Assembly: GCA_950097015.1 (NCBI GenBank)
Contig: CATNEN010000001.1
Location: 26,598,001-26,662,000, forward strand
Source of the DNA: Macrostomum hystrix
Lineage: Eukaryota > Animalia > Platyhelminthes
Direction: 5' to 3'
Length of the DNA: 64,000 nt
A program made the translations under genes and the position numbers. Numbering within the stretch: position 1 is the stretch's first letter; the number at the start of each line of letters is the position of its first letter. Positions 1 through 12,117 of this stretch are shown in pieces. The notes under the pieces are model-generated. The model saw nothing but the letters and a program-made list of their open reading frames with translations, did no database searches and was not told the origin of the DNA.

Positions 1-395
1 GGGCATAAATATTTGTTGTCCGATATAGCCCACTCTAAAATGAGTTTGGGCAACTCTTACCATAGACAGTTAAGGCGTGCTACAAAAATGTAGTCTAAGT
101 GCGCAGTGATACCTCGTTACATCATTTGTGCACGCTCCAAATGTCTATGGCACAAAGTGTGTACAGTAAAGCACATGCAAAATCAAGAAAATTAAGAATA
201 ATTATTGCAAAATTAAGCATAGGAACTAGTAGAACTTAATTGATTAGTCACCAGGGTAATGAACCACCAGATTAGTCACAAGAATTTAATAAAAATTCTT
301 AAATCAACAAAATGATTATTGTGCGTACAAATATAGAATAACAAGCTTTTTTAAATAATAAACCAAGGGACTATTAAATACTAAATACTAGAGTA

Positions 396-521
396 TTTTA
401 GGATATAATGGATTTAGGATATAATGGATTTAGGATATAATGGATTTAGGATATAATGGATTTAGGATATAATGGATTTAGGATATAATGGATTTAGGAT
501 ATAATGGATTTAGGATATAAT
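396..521. repeat. 16-bp minisatellite (GGATATAATGGATTTA)n
   Basis: Perfect tandem copies with period 16. Confidence 0.95.
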
Positions 522-561
522 CGATCGATACGGGCACGGGCCAAATTTTTGTTGCGCAAAA

Positions 562-1878
562 GGAAGGTAGCTGAGGGGCAGGAGGAAGGCAGCTGAGGGG
601 CAGGAGGAAGGCAGCTGAGGGGCAGGAGGAAGGCAGCTGAGGAGTTAGGAGGAAGGCAGATGAGGGGCAGGAGGAAGGCAGCTGAGGGGCAGGAGGAAGG
701 CAGCTGAGGGGCAGGAGGAAGGCAGCTGAGGGGCAGGAGGAAGGCAGCTGAGGGGCAGGAGGAAGGCAGCTGAGGGGCAGGAGGAAGGCAGCTGAGGGGC
801 AGGAGGAAGGCAGCTGAGGGGCAGGAGGAAGGCAGCTGAGTGGCAGGAGGTAGAGGGGTAGGAGGAAGGCAGCTGAGGGGTAGGAGGAAGGCATATGAGG
901 GGCAGGAGGAAGGCAGCTGAGGGGCAGGAGGAAGGCAGCTGAGGGGCAGGAGGAAGGCAGCTGAGGGTCAGGAGGAAGGCAGCTGAGGGGCAGGAGGAAG
1001 GCAGCTGAGGGTCAGGAGGAAGGCAGCTGAGGGGCAGGAGGAAGGCAGCTGAGGGTCAGGAGGAAGGCAGCTGAGGGGTAGGAGGAAGGCAGCTGAGGGG
1101 CAGGAGGAAGGCAGCTGAGGGTCAGGAGGAAGGCAGCTGAGGGGCAGGAGGAAGGCAGCTGAGGGGCAGGAGGTAGAGGGGCAGGAGGAAGGCAGCTGAG
1201 TGGCAGGAGGTAGAGGGGTAGGAGGAAGGCAGCTGAGGGGTAGGAGGAAGGCATATGAGGGGCAGGAGGAAGGCAGCTGAGGGGCAGGAGGAAGGCAGCT
1301 GAGGGGCAGGAGGAAGGCAGCTGAGGGTCAGGAGGAAGGCAGCTGAGGGGCAGGAGGAAGGCAGCTGAGGGTCAGGAGGAAGGCAGCTGAGGGGCAGGAG
1401 GAAGGCAGCTGAGGGTCAGGAGGAAGGCAGCTGAGGGGTAGGAGGAAGGCAGCTGAGGGGCAGGAGGAAGGCAGCTGAGGGTCAGGAGGAAGGCAGCTGA
1501 GGGGCAGGAGGAAGGCAGCTGAGGGGCAGGAGGTAGAGTGGCAGGAGGAAGGCTGCTGAGGGGCAGGAGGAAGGCAGCTGAGGGGCAGGAGAAAGGCAGC
1601 TGAGGGGTAGGAGGAAGGCATATGAGGGGCAGGAGGAAGGCAGCTGAGGGGCAGGAGGAAGGCAGCTGAGGGGCAGGAGGAAGGCAGCTGAGGGGCAGGA
1701 GGAAGGCAGCTGAGGGGCAGGAGGTAGAGTGGCAGGAGGAAGGCATATGAGGGGCAGGAGGAAGGCAGCTGAGGGGCAGGAGGAAGGCAGCTGAGGGGCA
1801 GGAGGAAGGCAGCTGAGGGGCAGGAGGAAGGCAGCTGAGGGGCAGGAGGTAGAGTGGCAGGAGGAAGGCTGCTGAGGC
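562..1878. repeat. 22-bp G-rich minisatellite (GAGGGGCAGGAGGAAGGCAGCT)n with a 360-bp higher-order duplication
   Basis: Tandem 22-mers. The variant pattern starting at 841 recurs at 1201. Confidence 0.95.
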
Positions 1879-2009
1879 TTCTGAAACAATAATCAAGTCG
1901 CCAGGCGCTGCCAAAAAATTCAGGGGGGATTTCCCCTTGGTATAAAGACGAGCGGCAAAATGGCTCGGTAGTCCAGCTGTTAAAATCCATAAAAATAAAT
2001 GGCGCAGTT

Positions 2010-3022
2010 TCAAGCCAACATAGGACCAGTTATGGATAGCTTATCAGTTGCTGGAATGATCGGAGTCAGATTAGCAGAATCATCAGAATTGTCGCCAGTT
2101 TCCATGGCGATACTAGGCAATACTTCCGGCTTATGGGTCACTTCGCAGCTAGACTTATCGTGTCTGGTCTCATCTAGTCTATTATTAAAGGTTCTTGGTC
2201 TCTTGAAATATTCAGAAATATTATGCAACTGACGACGACGCACAGCGAAGAGTGACGCAATGACGACTACTAGCAGGACTGCTACAACGGCTATTATGAT
2301 GATGTATCGCGAATTGTGGCTTGTAGCGCTAATCGGTGTGGTCTGGTTTTCAGCAGGCAGTTGTTCTTTGGCAGCCTGGTGAAGGCATTGCTGAACAGCT
2401 GCACTGCGGAGACACGATTTTGAATTCAAGAAGCCCGAACACATCTGGGCATCGGCCACGGCATGCAGCTCCGTGGGACACACCTCGCAGCTGCAGTGGA
2501 CATCGTAATAGAAGCCGTCCCGTTGACACGGAAACTGAGCACCGCAGAGTTCAGGACTGCTGTGCGGGTCCTGCAACTGTAAAATTGGGATTACTTCTAC
2601 TATACTTACTACTCATTAATACTAATAATTGGGGGCTGGCTGGCAGAGCAGTCTAACGCGTTTGCCTCTCGCACCAAAGGTCCCTGAGCTCGATTCCGTG
2701 GCGAAGCCACATTTATTCGGGGCGCAGCCGCGGAGAGAAGGCTTGGGGGCTTGTCGCGAAATTTACGCCATTGAGGGCCAACCTCCAAGGCACAGTGAGA
2801 GTGTACACTGCCTGACGATGAGAAAGTCAGGACACATGTACACACCTGTGTGACGTTAACGCTGTATTAACGCTGTAATGAAAGCATGCGCCGTAACGGC
2901 ATGCAGCAATCATTTAACAATTAAAAAATGTAACTATGCAATAAAAAACTTACATTCGCACATTCAAAATAGCAGAAATTACTGGCCAGTGCAAACAGAA
3001 GCAGCAGAGCTGACAAGCCCAT
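2010..3022 (-). CDS. Cys-rich type I membrane receptor, TNFR(BCMA/TACI)-like, cluster member 1; exons 3022-2954 and 2576-2010 (211 aa)
   Basis: Exon 1 encodes signal peptide MGLSALLLLFALASNFCYFECAN followed by a GTAAGT donor. A TTTTACAG acceptor joins in phase 0 to the Cys domain CQRDGFYYDVHCSCEVC...MCSGFLNSKSC, TM IIIIAVVAVLLVVVIASLFAV, RRR stop-transfer and a cytoplasmic tail. Confidence 0.8.
2631..2853 (+). mobile_element. tRNA-derived SINE family A, 3'-truncated copy in the intron of receptor gene 1
   Basis: A-box-like TGGCAGAGCAG, B-box-like GCTCGATTCC; body matches 15333-15692. Confidence 0.85.
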
Positions 3023-3207
3023 TCTTTAACCAGCACTAGATAAGTTTTCCTAATTAAAACAAATGGCTAGTGATGAGTAGGAAGCTCAGCAGGCGTTTGA
3101 CTGCAATTCCCAAAAGTTAATCTGAAATTTTATTACATAAAATTACATAAAATTACATAAAATCTGAAATTTCGGTGACGGCTAAATAAGAACCATAAGC
3201 GGGAATA

Positions 3208-3603
3208 GGCAGGAGGTAGAGGGGTAGGAGGAAGGCAGCTGAGGGGCAGGAGGAAGGCAGCTGAGGGGCAGGAGGAAGGCAGCTGAGGGGCAGGAGGAAG
3301 GCAGCTGAGGGGCAGGAGGAAGGCAGATGAGGGGCAGGAGGAAGGCAGATGAGGGGCAGGAGGAAGGCAGCTGAGGGGCAGGAGGAAGGCAGCTGAGGGG
3401 CAGGAGGAAGGCAGCTGAGGGGCAGGAGGAAGGCAGCTGAGGGGCAGGAGGAAGGCAGCTGAGGGGCAGGAGGAAGCAGCTGAGGGGCAGGAGGAAGGCA
3501 GCTGAGGGGCAGGAGGAAGCAGCTGAGGGGCAGGAGGAAGGCAGCTGAGGGGCAGGAGGAAGGCAGCTGAGGGGCAGGAGGAAGCAGCTGAGGGGCAGGA
3601 AGG
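3208..3603. repeat. 22-bp minisatellite, same unit as 562-1878
   Basis: Tandem GAGGGGCAGGAGGAAGGCAGCT. Confidence 0.95.
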
Positions 3604-4689
3604 TACCTGATGGAAACAAGCAAAGTAGTTGATCGGTATCTATAGATTGCTAATTAAATTAAAAGTAAAATGTTAGAGTGGTAAATAGAAGGCAGAAATG
3701 TCGATACTCATGGTTAGTATAAAAAATATCGTCATCAAATTAAAATGTGTATTTAAAACACACACACACACACGAATAAAAGTAACCAGCAAAGTACAAC
3801 AGACGCGTAACAAATACGCTGAGCTGTTAGGACGTTTGTCAAAGAGTTGAGAGTAATTTTAAACAGCACAGACATTTAGCATGAAGGAATGCATGGCTGC
3901 ATGCGTATAGACACCCTGATCGGTTAGCTTCATGGTACTCAAGTGGCAGTTCGCTGTAAAATAACAAGTTCGCTGAAGCAGATGTTAAGCGGCAAGTCGG
4001 AAAGAGAACAGCAAGTAATTGTGAATGTATTGAAGTAAGGATCGAAAAAGTCAAGTGTAGCAGAATCTTACTAATTCGTTGACCAAATTAAAACTGTAGA
4101 GTAATGTATTTTGGATTTGGATTTGGATTACATAGATTTTGTTGTTTAGCAACTGAGTCAGCGTATAAAATGGCACATCTGCTTACAAGACGAAGCAAAA
4201 AAACGACAAACAGAATAAACAGTTTCAGCAGATCAGCAGACACAATTAAAATGCAGATGTGTGCGCTCAGGCACTCGTGTACATATTTACACAGGAAGCG
4301 TTTCAACTACTGTCAGATGAATTCAACAACAAAAAACTAAACTAAAAAGCTAAATGAGATTCTTAGATTAGAATTACATAATTAATGTCTTCAGGTAGTT
4401 ATTTTGTTTACGAGAATCGCGAATGCTCTGTTAAAATAGAAACAGCATCATTAAATCTATTGTCCGCATGCATGCACTTATCAATGATTAAAGTCAATTG
4501 GCATTTATTGGCATTAACAGCCTCATACTCAACAGTGATCGAACAATACAAGTGTGCCAGTTACCAGGCTTAGATAAAAAATCAAGTACCTACTCGATAA
4601 AAAGGTCGCTTAAAACTAGATTCTTACAATTTCAGTTAGAGGCCTGTTTTGAAAGTAGTAATTCTTTAACCCCCTCAATTGGACCACAT

Positions 4690-4780
4690 GTATCTGAAGG
4701 CTGCGTACGGCTGTTCAGTCCATGGACTGGGTGACGGCACACCCACCCTCAATTAATCCCAGCTTCTACTGCTACCCGAT
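4690..4780 (-). mobile_element. Fragment of SINE family B
   Basis: Reverse complement matches CCAGTCCATGGACTGAACAGCTGTACGCAG at about 53990-54020. Confidence 0.55.
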
Positions 4781-5233
4781 TATAGTTAAAGTATCTTGCA
4801 AAAAAATTGTTGGAGTTAACTAAAAATGGTTAATTGTTAGTCCAACTTTAGCGTAGTCGAGATATTCAGCGAACTTTGTCGAAGACCAAGGGCCAACTAC
4901 ATTGGCCTGTATAAATAAATACTATAAGCCTCTATGGCGAAAACATATTGCTGGCTTTTGCCACCAGACACCCCGACGAGAATCGTTGAATATCTCGACG
5001 ACGCCGATGTCTTGCTATTCTTGAAGTTGTTTCATCGGAAAATTTTAGCCCGCGTTCTGGATTTTCAGGCCGATCTTATTGATTTTATTTAACATATATT
5101 ACCCAGCAGTCTTTTTACTGTTAATTAATTCTCTGCTAATTAAGAATCTAAATCATTGCTAGGTACTCCAATAGTCCTTGTAACAAAAACTGTCAGTGTC
5201 AAGCTTCTACGACAGCCAGGCAGTTAAACAGAG

Positions 5234-7289
5234 TCAGTTATTGGGAAACACGCCAGCTCCTAGCAGCACGGTGCCGCACTGCTGACTTTTGCGCTGATTA
5301 TAAGCCGCATCCGCCGGTGAAAGCACTGGCGCCGACTGAGCCAACACGGAGCTGGAGTTCAGCTGCCCGTTAGCGGAGCTCAGCGACAAGCACGACGCAG
5401 GAATGTCTGGCGTGCGGGCGCAAGACGAGGGCGCATTGATGAACGAGCAGCAGCGATGTTGGCTGGGATTGCGGCACTGCGGGCAGAGCGCCAGCACCGG
5501 ACAGAAGGACTCCGGCGACTGAGTCTTGCAAGGGCCGCTGCGCGCCACAATGCACTCCTCGGCTGTCCCGCTGTCCGCCCTGATGAGCAGGCTCTCCGGA
5601 TCAAGCATTGGCTCCAGCGAACTGAAATCCATGGCGAGTCACTCACTAAAGTGTGACAGACACCTTGACCCACAGTGTATCAGTCACCTTGACCCACAGT
5701 GTAACACTCACCTTGACCCACAGTGTATCAGTCACCTTGACCCACAGTGTAACACTCACCTTGACCCACAGTGTATCAGTCACCTTGACCCACAGTGTAT
5801 CAGTCACCTTGACCCACAGTGTATCAGTCACCTTGACCCACAGTGTATCAGTCACCTTGACCCACAGTGTATCAGTCACCTTGACCCACAGCGTATCAGT
5901 CACCTTGACCCACAGTGTATCAGTCACCTTGACCCACAGCGTATCAGTCACCTTGACCCACAGTGTATCAGTCACCTTGACCCACAGCGTATCAGTCACC
6001 TTGACCCACAGTGTATCAGTCACCTTGACCCACAGCGTATCAGTCACCTTGACCCACAGTGTATCAGTCACCTTGACCCACAGTGTAACACTCACCTTGA
6101 CCCACAGTGTATCAGTCACCTTGACCCACAGTGTATCAGTCACCTTGACCCACAGTGTAACACTCACCTTGACCCACAGCGTATCAGTCACCTTGACCCA
6201 CAGTGTATCAGTCACCTTGACCCACAGTGTAACACTCACCTTGACCCACAGTGTATCAGTCACCTTGACCCACAGTGTATCAGTCACCTTGACCCACAGT
6301 GTAACACTCACCTTGACCCACAGTGTATCAGTCACCTTGACCCACAGTGTAACACTCACCTTGACCCACAGTGTAACACTCACCTTGACCCACAGTGTAT
6401 CAGTCACCTTGACCCACAGTGTAACACTCACCTTGACCCACAGTGTAACACTCACCTTGACCCACAGTGTATCAGTCACCTTGACCCACAGTGTAACACT
6501 CACCTTGACCCACAGTGTAACACTCACCTTGACCCACAGTGTATCAGTCACCTTGACTCACAGTGTATCCGTCACCTTGACCCACAGTGTATCAGTCACC
6601 TTGACCCACAGTGTAACACTCACCTTGACCCACATGTAACTCACACCAAGTGAAACTAGGCAACTGACAGTTAAGAGAAATCTTTGCCACGTAGAATAAT
6701 TAATAAGATAGAGGGACACAATTTTGAGCAGCAGTAAAAAACAGACTCACTCTTGCAGCCGGTCCACTCGACCTCGGACACCGGTGGAACTAGACGAGGT
6801 CAAGTATCTCCAAGCTCTTCGGCTGCGCGGACAAAGACAGAGGACAGCGACCGCCAGGCTAATTACGATGATGCTAACACAGAAGACGACGGCAATCGCG
6901 ATGCTGATGACACCGAATCCAGACCAATTAGTCAGGGAGGTGGCCTCCGCTGACAGTCTGGCTGTAGTAGAAGACTCCAAGGTGACTGCAGCGGTGCTTG
7001 CAGGAGAGGTTCGCACCCTGGACACCCGCATGGCAGCTCTACAGTAGCCCAGATCCAGCATAGTCTGACACTCGGCATGCTGCCACAGCCGCTTGTGATT
7101 CAGTGAGCAGTCGTACCTGAGCAGGTAGGGCTGGCAGCTCAATAGTCTGCAGTCGCTATCCAGATAGATCCAGTTGGGATCATAGTCATCCACTCCGGAG
7201 CAGAGCGAACTACTTATGGGATTCGGGACACTCTCAGCAGCCACAGAAAGCAGCGATACTAGCAGCAGCAAGATGGCTTCTGGACTCAT
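5234..7289 (-). CDS. Cys-rich type I membrane receptor, cluster member 2; exons 7289-6751 and 5621-5234 (308 aa)
   Basis: Signal peptide MSPEAILLLLVSLLSVAA, Cys domain ending ECQTMLDLGYC, S/T stalk, TM GFGVISIAIAVVFCVSIIVISLAVAVLCL. The GA|GTGAGT donor is phase-compatible with acceptor GATTTCAG|T at 5621, which opens into the 5234-5632 ORF frame. Exon 2 is less certain. Confidence 0.7.
5660..6645. repeat. 24-bp minisatellite CACCTTGACCCACAGTGT(ATCAGT/AACACT), intronic
   Basis: Two interspersed unit variants. Explains the repetitive ORFs in three frames. Confidence 0.95.
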
Positions 7290-10144
7290 TGAGCGACTCG
7301 ACTCAGCTGGTGTTCTGTTCGCTTGAGTCAAAAAAGAGACCAGACTGTGCTATGCAGGCTAGACAAGGGGTATGCTGCTTATTATCCACACAAGGCGCAA
7401 AGGGGGCGGTTAGAAACACGCGTACAAATAATTTTCTATTCTACTATTGTGTTGGTCTGAACAAACTGGAATGATACGAAATAAATAGGCAACTTCGAAA
7501 CAGGCCCTTAGGCTGTAGGTGCAGCATCTTCACTTGGTAACAGGCACACAGACGCGTAACTGCTAAAAATAGCCATTTTTAGCAAGTGGAGAAAGATGAA
7601 ACACTATTTTGCTAAATGCATGCCAACTATCGCCGCGTATTCACCGAAGCAAAAACACTTAAAGAATGCGTCTCACAGACTATCATTGCGCAGGTTGGAA
7701 GCTGAAAATAAAGACAAATTCGCTATTAATAGTGCCACCGCAAAAACCAACTGATAAATTATTCTTTAAATAAATTGAAACAATCTAGATGTGATTTGTA
7801 TTGTCAGATAATCAACTAAGCTAGTGACGTGCCAAACTAATTGAATACAAGAAGATGCTGGGTCGTTTAAAAATAAAGCCACAAGTTAATGTGTGCGTAT
7901 ATTTAAATCAATAAATGTATTGCAGCACGCGGTTTCACTATAGGACGAGCCTCTGCATCTAACACACGGACTGGAAGCGGGGAACTTGATCTAGCTAAAA
8001 TAAGACAAAATTTGAAAACAACATAAGAATATTTTTCCTTGCTGCAATCAATAAATTGACACATAGAAAAATTCTCGACACTGCGGACAAAAAAATACAA
8101 TGAAACTGAAAAAAATATGCAGTCAAGCAAGACATAGTTTTTGCACCAATTCATCGATTGAGACAATGTCCATTATATGTTATTGGAATGGAACTATGGC
8201 CAAAACCCATCTAACAGGTAGCTTGTACGGATAGCTGTTGACAAGTAGAGTTAATAACTTGGGCGAGTGGAAGTGGCAGAGATGAAGTTTTTGCCATAGA
8301 CATTTGAACTAAATTTCGCGTATTCTTGTTGTCTATGGTAAAGACACAGTCTATGGGAAATCGTTGGCCAAGTCCTACGAATGTTAACCGCAAAGTCCTT
8401 ACCAAGTTTCCACTACTATATATATATATAGACGCATTTGAGAAGCCTTCAGGAAAAATATTGCACAACTTTTTCGAGTCGTAATAAAAATGTGTTCACG
8501 ACTAAAATGAAACGATTGATGTATGGTTAAAATCGTCTAAAGAACATTATTCTTGATTGATTAGTTGAGCTATCGATCTAAATCTGCATGGAGACAGAAC
8601 CGCAGGTAATTATTAAAACAAAAATATAAACACAAAAAAGAATACAAAAAAATATAAATAAGTAACACACCTTATTGCACTATTGGATAATAAAAATCAT
8701 ATCCTAGTATGATGAAGAAAAAAATGAATTTAACTATTTTGCAAAATCTTACCAAAATAGCATGGAGACAAGCATAGCACAAAAAAGTTTGCAGAAATAC
8801 AGCACTCAAACAGGCAGGTGAGTAAAGTCTCACTTCAAGGACGCTCGCTAAATAGTAAAACCAAAATCTAAAACGTAAGCAAAAACATTGGCAGAATAAA
8901 GTAAATGATCATCTGATGGTCATTGAGGTGACCAAGAAATTGCGCCAATATTGAAAATGGCATTCCTAATCCAACAATGCGACAACGGTCACGTGACTGA
9001 GGACCTAGGCTAATACTAAATTTCGACCAAAAACTTCCAACCTTTCGATGGACTAACTTTCTAAGCTCTCCGTCAAGACATTCAGCGACTCTTGTCGAAG
9101 ACCCTGGTGACAAGGACAAGTAACATTGCTCTGTGTTAACATTTATGGTGAATCCATATTGATTAAAAATTGTTAAAAATAATCTGAAAAAAACTATGCC
9201 AACAATGATGCATTCTTGCCACCAGACAAATTCAACTAGAATCGACGATGCCGATGTTTTGTCATTATGGAATTTGTTTCGTCGGATAGGGCGAAAAAGG
9301 CTTTGCTTGTGTTTGGTATTTTGCCTGGCGATTAGTTGAATATTTTAGGAGACACAGAAAATAGTAGATGTGAGTGTTTCAAATACCCAAATTCTACTGT
9401 TAATAGAATCGTTAGAAACTGCCTGACAACAGAAAAAAAACTGCAGATGGAAGATTATGTTTACGCACATATTCATATCATTTCAAGCTAAGCGTAAGTA
9501 ATACACAGCGAAAGGTAAAGTTGTTTTATAGTGTACTACTGATAAAAATGGCACGAAATTGTCGTTATAAAACCGACAATAAGATATTATTTGTATGTGT
9601 ACAGGACAACGCATTGCGGCAATAGCAAAATTTGATTTATTTATCAAAAAGTTTGATGCAACTAACTGGTTTAGACCACAGATCTTATATACCTAGATGG
9701 GCCATCCAGCCAGGTGTTTTTTTAACTTGAAAATGCCGTAGCTTGTGGGACATTGTCACTATTTTGTTAGATTCTTTTTAAGGATTTTTTGAGCCAGCGT
9801 TTATCGAATGGATGGAGTAGCAGCATGTAACTGAAAATTCCAGTGCTCAGTGCAGCAAAGGACCAAGCTGCAGAAGTACAAGTGACTTCATTTTTAATTC
9901 ATATACTTCCATTCACTGAACAATATATCTGTGACTATTTCTGTGTACCAGTTGACCCTATATTGAAATCTATGGCTTCGATTGCAGTCGCTGCAGTGCC
10001 TAGGTATCTAGGTATATAGGATCTATGGTTTAGGATGAATTTTTTTGTTTCCTACCTACGAGCTATAAGGGTGCAAGCGAGTAGCTCAGTGACATTATTT
10101 ACAGTGAAGACACTTGCTGAAAAAGTCTTTGGCCCACAGAGGTA

Positions 10145-10891
10145 TTACAGCAGTGGCGAGTGCAGACTTTTTGTGTCCTCATTGGCCAGTTTTGAGGAGT
10201 CCGGCGAGCAAGGAATGACTGGCGCTTCTGCTGCATCGGTGGCAGCGGGAGGAGCCAAATTACTCACAACAGAATGCTGCGGCTCTGACCAACAGTCGGA
10301 AGTCTTGGTGATTTGATTTCTGGCTGGATTATGATACGATGGCAAGACAACCCACGAATCAGCAAGCTGACTATCTTTGCCATCGGCCAGTTCTGGATCG
10401 CGAATGCACATTGTGGCATTGTCGCAACAGCGGCAAGCTTTCATAATTTTTCGCTGGCTGTCTTCGGTGTCGGTTTTTTGGTGTCTCATGCCCTTCGCGA
10501 AACAGCAAGCCACTACCAAGCCCAAGATGACGCAGGCGAAAGCACCAAACGAGACACCAGGAATTAAAGAAACGATGTTATTGTTATCAACAACAGCTGG
10601 CTTACTTGTGACAATGCCAATAGTGACCGTGTCTTGGCAAAGATTCAGGCTGGCTAATAGAGTGCAAAACTCGTCATCAGACACTGCCGAACAGTCTTGA
10701 AGAGCCTCTAAGCAGGACTGGCATTTGCAATCGGTGTCTGGATACTGAACGGCTGAGCAGTTCAGAAGACCGCTGGTTCTCCTCAGGCAATCAGCAAGAC
10801 TACTTGGAAATAAGTATTGCAGTCTGACAGTTGACAGCTGCAGCAGCAGCAGCGTAGAAACTACTAGACCAGGAGGAAACAGACACGCCAT
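10145..10891 (-). CDS. Cys-rich type I membrane receptor, cluster member 3 (248 aa, single coding exon)
   Basis: Signal peptide MACLFPPGLVVSTLLLLQLSTVRL; 8-Cys domain DCLRRTSGLLNCSAVQYPDTDCKCQSCLEALQDCSAVSDDEFCTLLASLNLC; TM; tail motif ITKTSDCWSEPQ...LAPP shared with member 4. Confidence 0.85.
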   Translation of the reverse strand: MACLFPPGLVVSTLLLLQLSTVRLQYLFPSSLADCLRRTSGLLNCSAVQYPDTDCKCQSCLEALQDCSAVSDDEFCTLLASLNLCQDTVTIGIVTSKPAVVDNNNIVSLIPGVSFGAFACVILGLVVACCFAKGMRHQKTDTEDSQRKIMKACRCCDNATMCIRDPELADGKDSQLADSWVVLPSYHNPARNQITKTSDCWSEPQHSVVSNLAPPAATDAAEAPVIPCSPDSSKLANEDTKSLHSPLL

Positions 10892-11004
10892 ACTGTTAAG
10901 ACGCGGCCCTGTGTCACTTTGACGAGCTGTAATTAAAACAACACAGTTCATTTAAGCACAAATCTGATTAGTAAATAATAATTATACAACTCTGATTGGC
11001 CTGC

Positions 11005-11135
11005 AGGACACTGCGAGATGAAGACACCTGTGTGTGAGTACCTAAGGCGCAATGAGAGTGTACACTGCGAGATGAAGAAAATGTCAGGGCAGATGTGCAC
11101 ACCTGTTCACTCACCTGTGTGAGCGTGTGTGCACT
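11005..11135 (+). mobile_element. SINE family A internal fragment
   Basis: GAGAGTGTACACTGC...GTCAGGGCAGATGTGCACACCTG matches the SINE A core. Confidence 0.6.
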
Positions 11136-12117
11136 GAGGTTGTTATCAGTGAAAAAACTTTATCATAAAGCGAAAATAACCACATTGACTGACTCAGTGA
11201 CCGCTACAAACTAAGATATTAAGCATGAACACTTAAATGACAGTTTATCTGAAAGAAATAAGTTCAAAGAAGAACTCTGTGACAAAAAAACCAAAAATGT
11301 ATATTTGATTGGAGCAGAATTAATATGTACTTTTAGAAAAATAGAAAATGTATAAGTTGAATGATATCGCAAAATTGTTAGTGTTTGCTCCTAGTTAGAT
11401 CGAGTAGAATATACCGGGTGTAATTAAATGATATGATACATGTATCTATGTGGAATAAATCACGAAATCTTAATCAATTCAATTTAAGTTTTAATTACAT
11501 TTTTATAGAAAAAAGTTAAGTGGCGCTTGTTTCTAAATAATAAAAATGTTTTGATAAATGTTTATATGCTTATATACAAGGCAAACACAAAAAGATATGC
11601 TTGGCAATTCCTTGCAAGTCAGTAGTAGTTATCTACAAGAAAACAAAACTAAATTTCTGTCACTGAGCACGGTACTCTTTGACAGGCAAAAAATTAGTTT
11701 TACAACAGCGCTTTGATTTTAGAATCAATAAAAATCTAGCTCGTACATATACATTTATACACCCGTTTAACTTGTAACTTTTTGGCAATAACTTGAGCAC
11801 ACAGGAACACAGAAGCTGGACATTTTCATGGACATTTTCATGTTGGGTAACTTTCCTATCCATCAGCGGCTGCGTAGCGAACTGATTCAGTCTCTCCTCA
11901 CGAACTCAACCAATAAAAAATCAGCATTGCAATGCGACCTTATGTTAATTGACACTGGAGTACTGCGAAAATAAGTTGTACAGTTCAGATTTTTTCTGAT
12001 AAATAAATCACTATTTTTTAAAACTGGTATGAAGTCAAAAAAACTTCAAGCCAGAATAATATTTGGATAAGTTAAAAAACAATACATACAAGTGGCGGCA
12101 GCGAATGACCATGGGAT

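Noticed and set aside
396-521. Telomeric repeat
   Set aside because: The unit is 16 bp and contains TTTAGG only as a part; it is not (TTAGGG)n.
2805-2835. Hammerhead-like core CTGACGA-TGA-GAAA in SINE A
   Set aside because: No helix II and no convincing helix III with a UH site. CTGAC pairs with the downstream GTCAG as a simple hairpin.
478-3623. Pro/Leu/Ser/Cys-rich ORFs (PPAPQLPSSC...)
   Set aside because: Translations of the 22-bp minisatellite, open in several frames.
5526-6653. 375-aa HLDPQCIS repeat protein and overlapping repeat ORFs
   Set aside because: 24-bp intronic minisatellite that is open on both strands.
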